From Gemmatimonadales bacterium UBA2989 (GTDB taxonomy: Bacteria > Gemmatimonadota > Gemmatimonadetes > Longimicrobiales > Gaopeijiaceae): a DNA stretch of 64,000 nt. Below, in pieces: positions 49,006 to 58,772 of the stretch (positions are counted from its first letter, which is position 1; every line of letters starts with the position of its first letter). Position numbers and translations under genes: made by a program. The notes under the pieces are model-generated. The model was given only the letters and a program-made list of their open reading frames with translations. It did not search any database and was not told where the DNA came from. The DNA is taken from the NCBI GenBank assembly GCA_002346625.1, contig DEAF01000010.1, forward strand, positions 9,601 to 73,600, in the 5' to 3' direction.

Positions 49006-49071
49006 ATTTTCTCTTCCTTAGGGTTGAGTGGGGATAATTCTAACATTTATTCCCGTAAGGAACCACCATCT

Positions 49072-49317
49072 CTATTCAGGAACTTCCCAACTCTGTTCCC
49101 AAAAATCTTCTTCTTCCTCACGGATCTTATCCAGGTCTAGAGGTGACGGATCATCGGTCAGAAAAACACCGGTATCTTCGATACGCCGGATTTTGTCATC
49201 ATCGATTTGCGGGGGTGTGATTTTCAATGATTTCCTTATTCGAATACGCATTGATATCCAAGCATATACAGCGATAACGCCAAGAATAAACCAGAGTATA
49301 AGCCAGCCAAATCCCAT
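49072..49317 (-). CDS. Hypothetical single-pass membrane protein with acidic C-terminal tail
   Basis: N-terminal TM helix (GFGWLILWFILGVIAVYAWI) followed by a D/E-rich tail. It begins 5 nt downstream of the thrC stop on the same strand. Confidence 0.45.
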   Translation of the reverse strand: MGFGWLILWFILGVIAVYAWISMRIRIRKSLKITPPQIDDDKIRRIEDTGVFLTDDPSPLDLDKIREEEEDFWEQSWEVPE

Positions 49318-49322
49318 AATGA

Positions 49323-50513
49323 TTAAATAATAGGGGAAGCACCAGCATATTTGAGCCCGCTGCCAGTATTAAAAAGCACTACCTCAGCATTGGAATCGAG
49401 AGCCCCCATTTCCATAAGTACAGGAACTGCAGCGGCTACCGCTCCACCTTCAGGAGTAGCAAAAATACCGGTGTCCTTACCAATTATATCTACCCAATCT
49501 GACATATCATGATCTGTTACAGCTACAGCCGCTCCTCCAGACTCACGCACAGCACGGAGAATCAAAAAGTCTCCAACAGCGGCTGGAACCCTGAGGCCCG
49601 ATGCATAGGTTGCCGCATTATCCCAAGTAGCGGCCTCCAAGTCTCCACGTTCCCATGCAAGAACCATAGGAGCACATCCAGCAGCTTGAATTGAAAACAT
49701 CTTAGGGCGCTCTGGGCCAATCCAACCAAGCGTTTCCATTTCATCGAACGCCTTCCACATCCCGATGAGACCCGTTCCTCCGCCGGTTGGATATACTATT
49801 CCATCTGGCAGACGCCCTCCGAGCTGTTCGAAGATTTCGTAGCCCATAGTCTTCTTGCCTTCCACTCGATAAGGCTCCTTTAGGGTAGATAGATCAAACC
49901 AGCCATGATCTTCTACCCCCTTTTTCACTAACCGTCCACAATCTGTGATTAGACCATTAAGAAGTTGGAGATCTGCCCCAAGCGATCTTATCTCAGCAAG
50001 GATAGGAGAAGGTGTGTCCATAGGCACAACCACATGGACCGGAATACCTGCCGCCGCACAGTAGGCAGCTGCTGCACTACCAGCATTGCCAGCGGAAGGA
50101 AGTGCAAGTTCAGTGGCTCCTAATTCTTTAGCTCTAGAAACTGCTAAAGAAAGACCACGATCCTTGAAACTACCAGTAGGGTTCTGTCCTTCATCCTTGA
50201 TCCATACCCTTCCGACACCCATTCGAGATGCAAGGCGAGGAGAATCCAACAGTGGTGTCCATCCCTCTCCCAGAGATATTTGGAAATCTCGGTTACGAAC
50301 CGGTAACACCTCTTCATACCGCCATAGATCTGATCGTTTTCCTGATAGATCTGATAGATGTAATCTAGAACGTAAAGAACTCAGATCGTAACGTGCAAAA
50401 TATGGTTTCCCGGCAACCGAAAGGCCTTGGAGAGATTCGCTTTCTACGGTATCCCCAGTATATGTGCACTCCAAGTGCGTAGCTCCTGGTAGAAACTGCA
50501 ATTTGTCACCCAT
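49323..50513 (-). CDS. thrC: Threonine synthase
   Basis: PLP-lysine motif NPTGSFKDRG, SAGNAGSA motif, and a 396-aa PLP fold type II layout. Confidence 0.88.
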   Translation of the reverse strand: MGDKLQFLPGATHLECTYTGDTVESESLQGLSVAGKPYFARYDLSSLRSRLHLSDLSGKRSDLWRYEEVLPVRNRDFQISLGEGWTPLLDSPRLASRMGVGRVWIKDEGQNPTGSFKDRGLSLAVSRAKELGATELALPSAGNAGSAAAAYCAAAGIPVHVVVPMDTPSPILAEIRSLGADLQLLNGLITDCGRLVKKGVEDHGWFDLSTLKEPYRVEGKKTMGYEIFEQLGGRLPDGIVYPTGGGTGLIGMWKAFDEMETLGWIGPERPKMFSIQAAGCAPMVLAWERGDLEAATWDNAATYASGLRVPAAVGDFLILRAVRESGGAAVAVTDHDMSDWVDIIGKDTGIFATPEGGAVAAAVPVLMEMGALDSNAEVVLFNTGSGLKYAGASPII

Positions 50514-50668
50514 AAAGCCTCAGTATAGCCGATTGTTACTTAAGCAAGTGATCAAGATAGTAGCCCTTTCTATTCTAGATTGATCGAGAATAACATATTC
50601 TCCTATAGGGTAAATATGGATTATAAATTTATTCTAAAAATTCAAAATATTTATATTTCATGAGATAT

Positions 50669-50697
50669 GGGAACTATATAATAAGCGACACCGTATC
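50669..50697 (+). promoter_or_regulatory. Candidate ECF-type autoregulatory promoter (GGGAAC-N17-CGTATC)
   Basis: AAC in the -35 and CGT in the -10, 17 nt apart, about 75 nt upstream of the ECF sigma ATG. This is the hallmark pattern of many ECF sigma promoters. Confidence 0.35.
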
Positions 50698-50772
50698 TAA
50701 ATATGCACTATCCGGACAACCCTAAATAGCTAAATCAACATCAAAAGTTAGGAATATTTAAGTACTTAAATT

Positions 50773-51336
50773 ATGAACGAATCTCAATTGATACGAAAAG
50801 CCATCCAGGGTGATGGCTCTGCCATACGCTCACTGTATGAGCGTTACTCCCCTAGAGTATATGCCGTAGTACGTAGAATCGCAGGAGATGATGATTTAGG
50901 GAATGATTGTGCACAAGAAGCATGGATATCAGCTATCCGTGCTTTGCCAAAGTTTCGTGGAGAAGCACGATTCTCAACCTGGATACACCGAATCGCTGTG
51001 AATTCAGCCTTGCAGGCCATGAGAAAAGCTGAATCCAGGCAAAAAAGAGAGGTACCCATAACAGAAACAATTGTGGCATCAGAAACACCTTCAAGCGATG
51101 CATTACTTGCACAGAGATTAGAGTGGGCCCTGGACCGCCTGCCTGGAGGAATGCGTAAAGTCATAATCCTCCACGATGTGGAGGGCTATACGCACGATGA
51201 GATCGGAAAAATGCTAGGAACAGCAGCTGGGACATCCAAGTCCCAACTATTCAAGGCCCGAGGGAAAATGAGGGAGTTGCTTAAGTCGTTAAATACACAA
51301 GATAATCGAGAGGAATCCGAAACATGGAGCATCTGA
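50773..51336 (+). CDS. ECF-family RNA polymerase sigma factor (sigma-70 regions 2 and 4)
   Basis: 187 aa. Region 2 (YSPRVYAVVRRIAGDDDLGNDCAQEAWI) and a region 4 HTH (YTHDEIGKMLGTAAGTSKSQLFKAR). It overlaps the downstream anti-sigma gene by 13 nt. Confidence 0.9.
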   Translation: MNESQLIRKAIQGDGSAIRSLYERYSPRVYAVVRRIAGDDDLGNDCAQEAWISAIRALPKFRGEARFSTWIHRIAVNSALQAMRKAESRQKREVPITETIVASETPSSDALLAQRLEWALDRLPGGMRKVIILHDVEGYTHDEIGKMLGTAAGTSKSQLFKARGKMRELLKSLNTQDNREESETWSI

Positions 51337-51980
51337 GCAGCGAAAAGCTGGCTTACCTGGTCGACGAACGTCCCAGTCCCAGCGAGCGAGCGCACCTGAA
51401 ATCATGCACACGTTGTTCAGAGGAACTTAACGAATTACGGATTCAATCTCACAACTTGCTAGAGCTAGCTGCCCTTAGGCCATCTCCAGACAATTGGGAG
51501 TCTCTAGAAACACGCCTGGTAAACGAGGGATTGATCCGCAATAAACAAGAGAGGTTTCGTCGTTTCGGTATAACCGCATTGCCGATTTGGATCCAAGCCA
51601 CAGCAGCTATATTACTGTTTCTAGGAGGAGCCGGTTTTGGCTTGAATATAGGAAAAGATGAGACATCCAATGCATTGTCCCTTGATAAGATCATAGCTTC
51701 TACACCAGAGATAGAGACTGCCGATGAAGCAGCTCGTGCTGTGGTATTAGCCGAGCAAGCATACATGCAAGCTCTTTTACACTTCCGCCAATTTTCCGAC
51801 AAGGATGATGAGAATCAGATGGATGACCCCCTAAACCGTGTGGAAGCACTTGAGGGGCTTCTCGTCGCAAGTCAAGAAGCATTACGCCTAGCACCTACAG
51901 ATCCTTTGTTCAATGGACTCCTCATTAACGTCCTATCACAACGTCAAGAGATGCTTAAGCAAATCTCAGAAAGCCGTTAA
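51324..51980 (+). CDS. Zinc-binding (ZAS) anti-sigma factor, single-pass membrane protein
   Basis: H-x3-C-x2-C motif (HLKSCTRC) near the N-terminus, one TM helix (ALPIWIQATAAILLFLGGAGFGL), and translational coupling to the ECF sigma gene. Confidence 0.75.
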   Translation: MEHLSSEKLAYLVDERPSPSERAHLKSCTRCSEELNELRIQSHNLLELAALRPSPDNWESLETRLVNEGLIRNKQERFRRFGITALPIWIQATAAILLFLGGAGFGLNIGKDETSNALSLDKIIASTPEIETADEAARAVVLAEQAYMQALLHFRQFSDKDDENQMDDPLNRVEALEGLLVASQEALRLAPTDPLFNGLLINVLSQRQEMLKQISESR

Positions 51981-52007
51981 AAACAACCCTTAACAGTGAT
52001 GCTGTAT

Positions 52008-53252
52008 TTACTCGTATCGTAACGCATCAATGGGATTAAGCTTGGCTGCACGTTGAGCTGGCCAGATACCAAAAAACAACCCTATGCCAGCTGAAAATCC
52101 AAGAGCTGTGAGCACTGCTTCTGGCACCACTACCGTATCCCAATTAGCTATTCGACTAAGAACTTCTGCTCCCCCAACACCAACTATAACACCTAGAATT
52201 CCACCCATAAAACACAACACCAGAGCCTCTATAAGAAACTGAAAAAGAATAGCTTTCTTGGTAGCACCTAGAGCTTTTCGGATGCCAATTTCACGCGTCC
52301 TTTCCGTCACGCTTACCAGCATAATGTTCATGATACCAATACCGCCAACGATCAAGCTTATAGCAGCAATGCCCGCTAACAGCATAGTGAATGTCTGGGT
52401 GGTCGCGGTGAAGGCACCAATCAAATCACTCGCATTACGAATGCTGAAATCAGCGTTGTCACCTGGCCTGACTTTGTGCTCACGCCTAAGTATTCGGTCT
52501 ATATCAGCAAAAGCAGCATCCATAGCATTTGTTGACGAAACCTGTGCATATATTGAAGAAAGCCTTCGGCGGCCACCGAAAACTCTGAACTGAGCGGTAG
52601 AGGTCGGTATAAACACTTCGTCGTCTGGTCGGAACCAACCAGCATCACCCTTCTCTTCTAGAACACCTAAGACTTCGAATGGCTGCCCCCGTATTTGGAT
52701 TTTATTCCCAACAAGCAGGGATCCCGTAGTCCCTAACTCTTCAGCTACAGCTGATCCAAGTATGGCCACACGCCTCCTGCCCTGGACATGGCCCTGATCA
52801 AACATCTCACCATGTTCAATATTAAGATTGTACATACCGAAATATTCAGGCCATACACCACGTACTTGGTTGTTGGAATTCCAACGGAGATAAGCTAGTT
52901 GTACGCGTGAACTTAATTCTGGAGATATGCTAAGCGTTCCTCCACTTCGATCTCGTAGAGCCTCGGCATCTTCCACTGTGAGGTCTTCGGTTTCACCTGT
53001 GGCTACTCCTCCCCAATGCCGTTGTCCAGCTCGGATCGTTAGGACATTGGTGCCCATTTTGGATATCTGTTCCTCTATACGACGCTGGGCTCCCTCTCCA
53101 AGTGCTACCATAGCGATGACAGCAGATACACCAATTATGATTCCTAAGGTCGTCAGAAATGATCGGAGCACATTCGCTCGGATCGCCGTCAATGCTACTC
53201 GCAGGATCTCTTTGATCAACATTACTAAAATAACTCTGCGATTGCTGAACAC
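52008..53252 (-). CDS. ABC transporter permease, MacB/FtsX family
   Basis: N-terminal TM helix, a large periplasmic MacB_PCD-like domain, and a C-terminal FtsX 3-TM bundle. 414 aa. Confidence 0.88.
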   Translation of the reverse strand: MFSNRRVILVMLIKEILRVALTAIRANVLRSFLTTLGIIIGVSAVIAMVALGEGAQRRIEEQISKMGTNVLTIRAGQRHWGGVATGETEDLTVEDAEALRDRSGGTLSISPELSSRVQLAYLRWNSNNQVRGVWPEYFGMYNLNIEHGEMFDQGHVQGRRRVAILGSAVAEELGTTGSLLVGNKIQIRGQPFEVLGVLEEKGDAGWFRPDDEVFIPTSTAQFRVFGGRRRLSSIYAQVSSTNAMDAAFADIDRILRREHKVRPGDNADFSIRNASDLIGAFTATTQTFTMLLAGIAAISLIVGGIGIMNIMLVSVTERTREIGIRKALGATKKAILFQFLIEALVLCFMGGILGVIVGVGGAEVLSRIANWDTVVVPEAVLTALGFSAGIGLFFGIWPAQRAAKLNPIDALRYE

Positions 53253-53269
53253 CGATGCTGGATCACAAT

Positions 53270-54652
53270 TTAGCTACCCCCAAAAGGATTAGTGCGGGAA
53301 CGGATTCTCTGTATAAATTCATCCTGTGCCGCCCTGAGTTGAGCAGCTCCGACAAGGGCTACCCTTTCACCACTCTTTACACCACTCACCACTTGGGTAT
53401 AATCCCAATCGTTCAGACCTGTCATCACAACCCGTGGTTCAATCTCCCCAGAATCTTCAACCACGAATAAAACAGCAGCCCTATAGTCTCTACCTGTCAA
53501 TCTGCCCTCCATCTGACCCCGACTACCTGATAGAGACATATCCCGTCCACGTCCAACCCTATCACCCCTAACCACCCCTGGTCTTTCCTGCTCACTTTCC
53601 GAAGCCGTGGATTCGCCACTGCGTCCAGGTCTAGCATCCGAATTTCCACCCCTAGGCCCAGACCCACCACGCATACCAGAAAACATACTTCGCATGTCGA
53701 CAGCATCCTCTGGAAGTCCAAGAACCACAGCTGCAGCTTGAACTTCTTGCGGAGTCACAACAGCTGTATTAGGTACCAAGAATACAGAATTAGCATTGGC
53801 AATCTCGACTTCCACCTCAGCATTCATCCCAGGTCTAAGAAGCCTAGAGCTATTATCGATACTCACAATCACTGGGAACATGGTCACATTCTGTTGAACT
53901 ACGGCTTGAGGTTCAATCTTCTCGACTTTACCTATAAAAACACTATCTGGATAAGCCTCTACTACTACAGAAGTCCGCATTCCATCACGTATTTCTCCCA
54001 TATCAGTTTCATCAACAAGAGTACGTACTTGTACTTGTTCCAGATTAGCCATGACCACGAGAACAGTACCGCCAGAAACGTTCTGAGAAGCTGACTGGAT
54101 CACTTGGCCTTCCTCAACATTCTTCTCGAGAATGGTTCCAGCCATCGGTGCCCTTATTGTCACATCTCCCAGACGCAATTGAGCAAGTTCATAGTTGGTT
54201 TGTGCTTTAACTAGTGTGGCCCGGGCGTTCGCATACTCAAGGTTTTTGCTCTCGTGTTCTTGTACTGAAATCACACCAGAGCCTAAAAGTTCTTCGGAAC
54301 GCTCAAGTTGAGCACGTGCGATCTCTAGGCGGGCCTGGGCAACTTCCAAGTCAGCTTCAGACTGCTCAGACGCATTTCTCACATCACGTGGATCGATCTC
54401 CGCAAGAAGTGCCCCAGACTCAACCTGATCACCAACATCAACATATATACTCAGAATATCCCCCGAAGCCTTAGATTTTACCTCTACCTCACGGATAGGC
54501 TCCACATTTCCAGTGGCCTCAGCTTTGATCATCAGATCCCCTAGCTCTACGGCTGCTGTTTGGATATCTGGTTCATCATCAGCTTCAGTCTCAGTGCATG
54601 CCATCACTAGAAGCACAACCCCAAAGGATATGATCATTCTATTCCAAATCAT
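53270..54652 (-). CDS. Efflux periplasmic adaptor (HlyD/MacA family) with Arg/Gly-rich low-complexity insert
   Basis: Lipoyl/hairpin/beta-barrel layout ([16 protein letters not shown]). A disordered RG/S-rich segment of about 70 aa lies before the membrane-proximal domain. Confidence 0.85.
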   Translation of the reverse strand: MIWNRMIISFGVVLLVMACTETEADDEPDIQTAAVELGDLMIKAEATGNVEPIREVEVKSKASGDILSIYVDVGDQVESGALLAEIDPRDVRNASEQSEADLEVAQARLEIARAQLERSEELLGSGVISVQEHESKNLEYANARATLVKAQTNYELAQLRLGDVTIRAPMAGTILEKNVEEGQVIQSASQNVSGGTVLVVMANLEQVQVRTLVDETDMGEIRDGMRTSVVVEAYPDSVFIGKVEKIEPQAVVQQNVTMFPVIVSIDNSSRLLRPGMNAEVEVEIANANSVFLVPNTAVVTPQEVQAAAVVLGLPEDAVDMRSMFSGMRGGSGPRGGNSDARPGRSGESTASESEQERPGVVRGDRVGRGRDMSLSGSRGQMEGRLTGRDYRAAVLFVVEDSGEIEPRVVMTGLNDWDYTQVVSGVKSGERVALVGAAQLRAAQDEFIQRIRSRTNPFGGS

Positions 54653-55356
54653 GCCTGTACCCCTGCTTTATCGTGCAAGAAATCTTTAGATACTATGCCA
54701 TCGTGGAGATGAATCTGTCTCTTAGAGTAGGCTGCAATATCTTTTTCATGAGTTACTAATACAATAGTCTGTCCACTATTATTGAGATCCACTAAAACAG
54801 CCATCATCTCTTCCCCTGTTACAGAGTCAAGATTCCCGGTGGGCTCATCCGCAAGAAGCAGGGCTGGGTTGTTAATTAGAGCCCTAGCAACCGCTACCCT
54901 CTGTCGCTGTCCTCCGGAAAGCTCAGGGGGACGGTGATCCATACGGTCTCCAAGTTTCACTAACTCTAGTTTCTCTTTAGCCCTTTGTCTCCGTTCTTTG
55001 GCACCGACACCAGCATATATCAAAGGAAGTTCGACGTTGTGTAGCGCCGTAGCTCTTGGCAGAAGATTAAAAGTTTGAAATACAAAACCGATCTCTTGAT
55101 TACGAATACGAGCAAGATCGTCGTCAGACAGGTCGCTAACTTGAATGCCATTGAGCCAGTATTGGCCTTCAGTAGGTGTGTCCAAGCATCCTATAAGATT
55201 CATTAAGGTTGACTTGCCGCTTCCTGACGGACCCATAATGGATACAAACTCGCCCGAGTTGATCTCTATATTAACCCCCCTCAGAGCTCGAACTGTTTCA
55301 GAACCAAGTATATAGTATTTCTTTAGGCCATCGGTCTGGATTATTAGCTCGCTCAC
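54649..55356 (-). CDS. ABC transporter ATP-binding protein (MacB/LolD-type)
   Basis: Walker [10 protein letters not shown], signature LSGGQRQR, Walker B LLLADEPT. Confidence 0.95.
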   Translation of the reverse strand: MSELIIQTDGLKKYYILGSETVRALRGVNIEINSGEFVSIMGPSGSGKSTLMNLIGCLDTPTEGQYWLNGIQVSDLSDDDLARIRNQEIGFVFQTFNLLPRATALHNVELPLIYAGVGAKERRQRAKEKLELVKLGDRMDHRPPELSGGQRQRVAVARALINNPALLLADEPTGNLDSVTGEEMMAVLVDLNNSGQTIVLVTHEKDIAAYSKRQIHLHDGIVSKDFLHDKAGVQA

Positions 55357-56675
55357 ATATCCCTCCCCAAAATTGCCTCGAGATCCGCACGTGCTAGAAC
55401 ATAATCATAACGTGCATTCACCAGATCAACCCTGGCTTGATCCGCAGCAATCTGGCTTGTGATGACGTCCAATATTATTGCCACATCAGCTTCATACCTT
55501 ATCCTTGTAATCCTAAGATCCTCCTCTGCCACACTCACTGCTTCCTCAGCTATCTCTATAGCCATCTCAGCCACCTCTAAAGCTCTCAGCGATGCATCAG
55601 CTGCCTGGTAAGAAGCCAACCTGGTATCATCTTCTTCAAGCCGTGCTAAGCGCGTAGAATATTCCGCTCGTACAACATTAGCCTTACGACTGAATCCGTT
55701 GAAAAGTGGATAACTGAGGTTGAAGTTGAGATTCCAACTCCCAACTCCTCCATTAAAAGAAGCACCTTGATTAGCCCAGCCATACCCACTAGTTAAACTA
55801 AGGCTAGGAATATATGCTTTCTTAAAAAATGAATACTCCTTCTTTGCTACAGTTGTAGCAGCTTCAGCCGCTAAAACTGAAGGAGCCTGATATTCAGCTA
55901 TCTGGAGCAATTCTGTATCAGTCATGGGGAGTGGTTTCGGGGTAAGATCATCTGTGACAACCGGAATCACCGGTTCAGGCTCCCCTATTTGTCGGCCTAG
56001 GCTGAACCGGGCTGCTCGTGTTGCAATTTCCGAGTTGAGTACAACCTGACGAGCATTAATCAGTTCAAGACGAGCTCTCAATGTATCCGACACCGTCCCT
56101 ACACCAACCCTAAACTGAGTTCGGGTCATCTCTAGTATTTTGTTTGCCTGATCCACACGGAGATTTGCAACCTCTAAAAGTTCCTCTTGCCGAAGAGCTT
56201 GGAAGAATAAATTCTTAACCTGAAGAATAACTGCAAAGCGCTGATCCTCACGCTGAGCTTCTGCCGCTGTGAAACCAGCTCTAGCTCTTCCGAGTTCTGA
56301 GAATCTCTGACCGCCACGGAAAATGTCGTAGCGAGCATTTAATCCAGCGTTGTAGAAGTTGGAACTTCCCGACACTAGTCTATCTGTTCCAACATCAAAT
56401 CTTTCTGTACTCCTGACAGACATTCCTGAGCTAGTAGAAAGTGTGGGTATAAATGATCCTAATGCCATCCTTTTAGATTCTTGAGCATTAATAACTAATT
56501 GCTCTGATTGAGCTAAAAGTGGGCTCCTGGAAAGAGCCTGTATGATGGCATCACTAAGAGTAATGCGTGTGGCACTCGGATCTAAAATTGCCCGTTCTTG
56601 TCCAGTCCCGGGTGTACTCAGAACCACTAAAGCACTAAGTGCAAAAGCTAAGCGTATGATCATTGGGGCTACCAT
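55353..56675 (-). CDS. TolC-family outer-membrane efflux protein
   Basis: Signal peptide and two OEP repeats. 440 aa. It overlaps the ABC ATPase gene by 4 nt. Confidence 0.88.
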   Translation of the reverse strand: MVAPMIIRLAFALSALVVLSTPGTGQERAILDPSATRITLSDAIIQALSRSPLLAQSEQLVINAQESKRMALGSFIPTLSTSSGMSVRSTERFDVGTDRLVSGSSNFYNAGLNARYDIFRGGQRFSELGRARAGFTAAEAQREDQRFAVILQVKNLFFQALRQEELLEVANLRVDQANKILEMTRTQFRVGVGTVSDTLRARLELINARQVVLNSEIATRAARFSLGRQIGEPEPVIPVVTDDLTPKPLPMTDTELLQIAEYQAPSVLAAEAATTVAKKEYSFFKKAYIPSLSLTSGYGWANQGASFNGGVGSWNLNFNLSYPLFNGFSRKANVVRAEYSTRLARLEEDDTRLASYQAADASLRALEVAEMAIEIAEEAVSVAEEDLRITRIRYEADVAIILDVITSQIAADQARVDLVNARYDYVLARADLEAILGRDM

Positions 56676-56755
56676 ATTTAATTTTTGAATAGTAATCAGT
56701 AGTACTTTTAGATGAATCTACCTTGATAATTGTTAAATACACAGATAACCAAAGA

Positions 56756-57094
56756 TCAAGAAGATTCCGCTAGTGAAAGCAGGTTTTCTAGATCTAAATC
56801 GTGCAGGTCATCTATAGATTTACAGGGTGTGATCAGATCATACTGTGCCACCAAGGGATTTTCAGATCTATAAAAAATAAGATGTAGAAGCCTGGCACCA
56901 GAATCCGAAGCTGATCCTGTAGAAGTCTGACCAACAACACGTACTATCCACTCAGACCCATCACTATTAAAATGCCGTGAAGGAAGATCTTCTGTCTCTG
57001 TGGGCTCAACTGTTATTTCTTCTGAGGTTTCACTTATAGGTTCTGATTCCCCTAGGGAAATATCTATGTTCTCACGAGAGCTACCATTTTCCAC
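56756..57094 (-). CDS. Hypothetical acidic protein (first gene of the tolC-macAB-type operon)
   Basis: 112-aa ORF with a GTG start and no internal Met. Acidic, Ser/Thr/Glu-rich N-terminal half and a more ordered C-terminal half (WIVRVVGQ...LLHLIFYR). No recognisable family, so coding status is uncertain. Confidence 0.35.
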   Translation of the reverse strand: MENGSSRENIDISLGESEPISETSEEITVEPTETEDLPSRHFNSDGSEWIVRVVGQTSTGSASDSGARLLHLIFYRSENPLVAQYDLITPCKSIDDLHDLDLENLLSLAESS

Positions 57095-57261
57095 AATGTT
57101 TTTAGGATGATCCTATTCTAATTTTCTGTGAATTTGTTTCATATTTGTACCAAAGTATGGTTAAATCTTTGAACTAAAGTTTCAAGGTATTAACCTTTTA
57201 TATCATAGGACCATGACACTGTCCCAGGTTTTTCAATTCTGTTGAGTTAGAGAGAGCTGAT

Positions 57262-58713
57262 GTGAATATCGCAAATAGTTTCCTGTTTTGCATAATAATC
57301 TTAGGAAATATGGCTTTGATAGCAGCTGTCAAACCTTCTACAACCTTGGACAGTAATACAGATGATTTTCAATTAGCAAACGTGCGTTACAGTGATGTAC
57401 AGGGTGTCTTTAATGCTAAATGTGTAAGTTGTCACACTGGACCTAACGCAGCTCGAGGCCTTCGTCTAGAATCGTGGGAAAGTTTGATCGCAGGATCAGA
57501 TGAAGGTGAAGCCATCATAGCATATGACTCCTCTCATTCACTGCTTATCGAGCTTATTACCAATCTCGTAGGTGGTCCCCACCCACTCGAACTGGATGCC
57601 AAGAGTCTAACTGATAATGAGATTTCCTTAATAGAATCTTGGATCAATCAAGGAGCACCTTCTGAATCTGGCAAAATACCGTTCGCCGATGCGGATCAAC
57701 TTCTATATGTAGCTAATCAGAGTGAAGCTTTGGTATCAATCATCGATATGGAGACAAATCAGGTAGTACGGAATGTGGATATTAAATCTTTCGGATTTCC
57801 CGAAAACGCTTCGCCTCACCACATAGCTGTTGAATCAGACGGATCATACTGGTATCTATCCCTAATAGCTTCCAATACGATCCTGAAGTTAGACCGCCAG
57901 AACAATCTAGTGGATAGAATAGATTTCATCCGCCCAGGACTCCTGGCTATCGATCCAAAAAGCGATTATCTCTACGCAGGACGTTCTATGGCTGCGGTTT
58001 CACCACCTCAGGCAATTGGCGTAATAAAACGTTCAGAAATGACCTTTGAAGAAGTAGAGATATTTCTTCCCAGACCCCATGCTCTAGCAGTTCAACCTTT
58101 TACGGGCATGGTCTATACTGGAAGCTTAGCAGTAAATCAGATTGCATCCTTAAATCCTCAAAACGAGGAAATAAATCTTACAAATTTGGGAGGCAACCGT
58201 CCCCACACTTTAGTGAATTTCGCTATTTCCCCCGATGGCCGATGGATGGTAGGAACTACCGAATTAACTGCTAAAGTACTCATTTTTGATCTCAATCTAT
58301 CTCCTAATATGAACCCTGTAGACACAATCGCTGTTAATGCAGCCCCCTGGCATCCAATCTTCACACCTGATGGCAAGTGGGTCTACGTTGGCAACAATCG
58401 TAATAACACAGTGAATGTTATCGATATGGACAAACGCATTCTTTCTAAAGTCATCGAAGGTGACGGTCTTGCACAACCACACGGTTCCGCAATTTCTTCC
58501 GATGGAAAGTTCGTTTATATATCCAACCGTAATCTCGAAATGTCTGAAGGTCATAGCAAACACGCGAACATGTACGCACCCCGTTATAATCTGGGTAACA
58601 ACTCACGCATAGGTACGGTTGCGGTAATCGATACCAGTACTAAAGAGATCATCAAAGTAATTGAGATTGAAGGGTATGGTTCTGGAATGGGAACAGCAGC
58701 ACGAACACCCTAA
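57262..58713 (+). CDS. Membrane-anchored/secreted c-type cytochrome domain (PSCyt1-like, CxxCH) fused to YVTN-type beta-propeller
   Basis: GTG start and an N-terminal hydrophobic segment. VQGVFNAKCVSCHTG...GLRLESWESLIAG...SLLIELI...LTDNEISLIESWINQGAP resembles the Planctomycete cytochrome C domain. Propeller repeats follow (LYVANQSEALVSIIDMETNQVV, VYVGNNRNNTVNVIDMDKRIL, FVYISNRN). Confidence 0.7.
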   Translation: MNIANSFLFCIIILGNMALIAAVKPSTTLDSNTDDFQLANVRYSDVQGVFNAKCVSCHTGPNAARGLRLESWESLIAGSDEGEAIIAYDSSHSLLIELITNLVGGPHPLELDAKSLTDNEISLIESWINQGAPSESGKIPFADADQLLYVANQSEALVSIIDMETNQVVRNVDIKSFGFPENASPHHIAVESDGSYWYLSLIASNTILKLDRQNNLVDRIDFIRPGLLAIDPKSDYLYAGRSMAAVSPPQAIGVIKRSEMTFEEVEIFLPRPHALAVQPFTGMVYTGSLAVNQIASLNPQNEEINLTNLGGNRPHTLVNFAISPDGRWMVGTTELTAKVLIFDLNLSPNMNPVDTIAVNAAPWHPIFTPDGKWVYVGNNRNNTVNVIDMDKRILSKVIEGDGLAQPHGSAISSDGKFVYISNRNLEMSEGHSKHANMYAPRYNLGNNSRIGTVAVIDTSTKEIIKVIEIEGYGSGMGTAARTP

Positions 58714-58772
58714 ACCAATCTTGCGAAGATAAAATCCGAGCCTATAGAACCATATTATTTCTTACAATTCAG

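Noticed and set aside
50516-50531. GG-N10-GC arrangement on the minus strand upstream of thrC
   Set aside because: The flanking bases are poor (CGGCTA / AGGCT). The motif ends only about 4 nt from the thrC ATG, so a transcript from it could not include the start codon.
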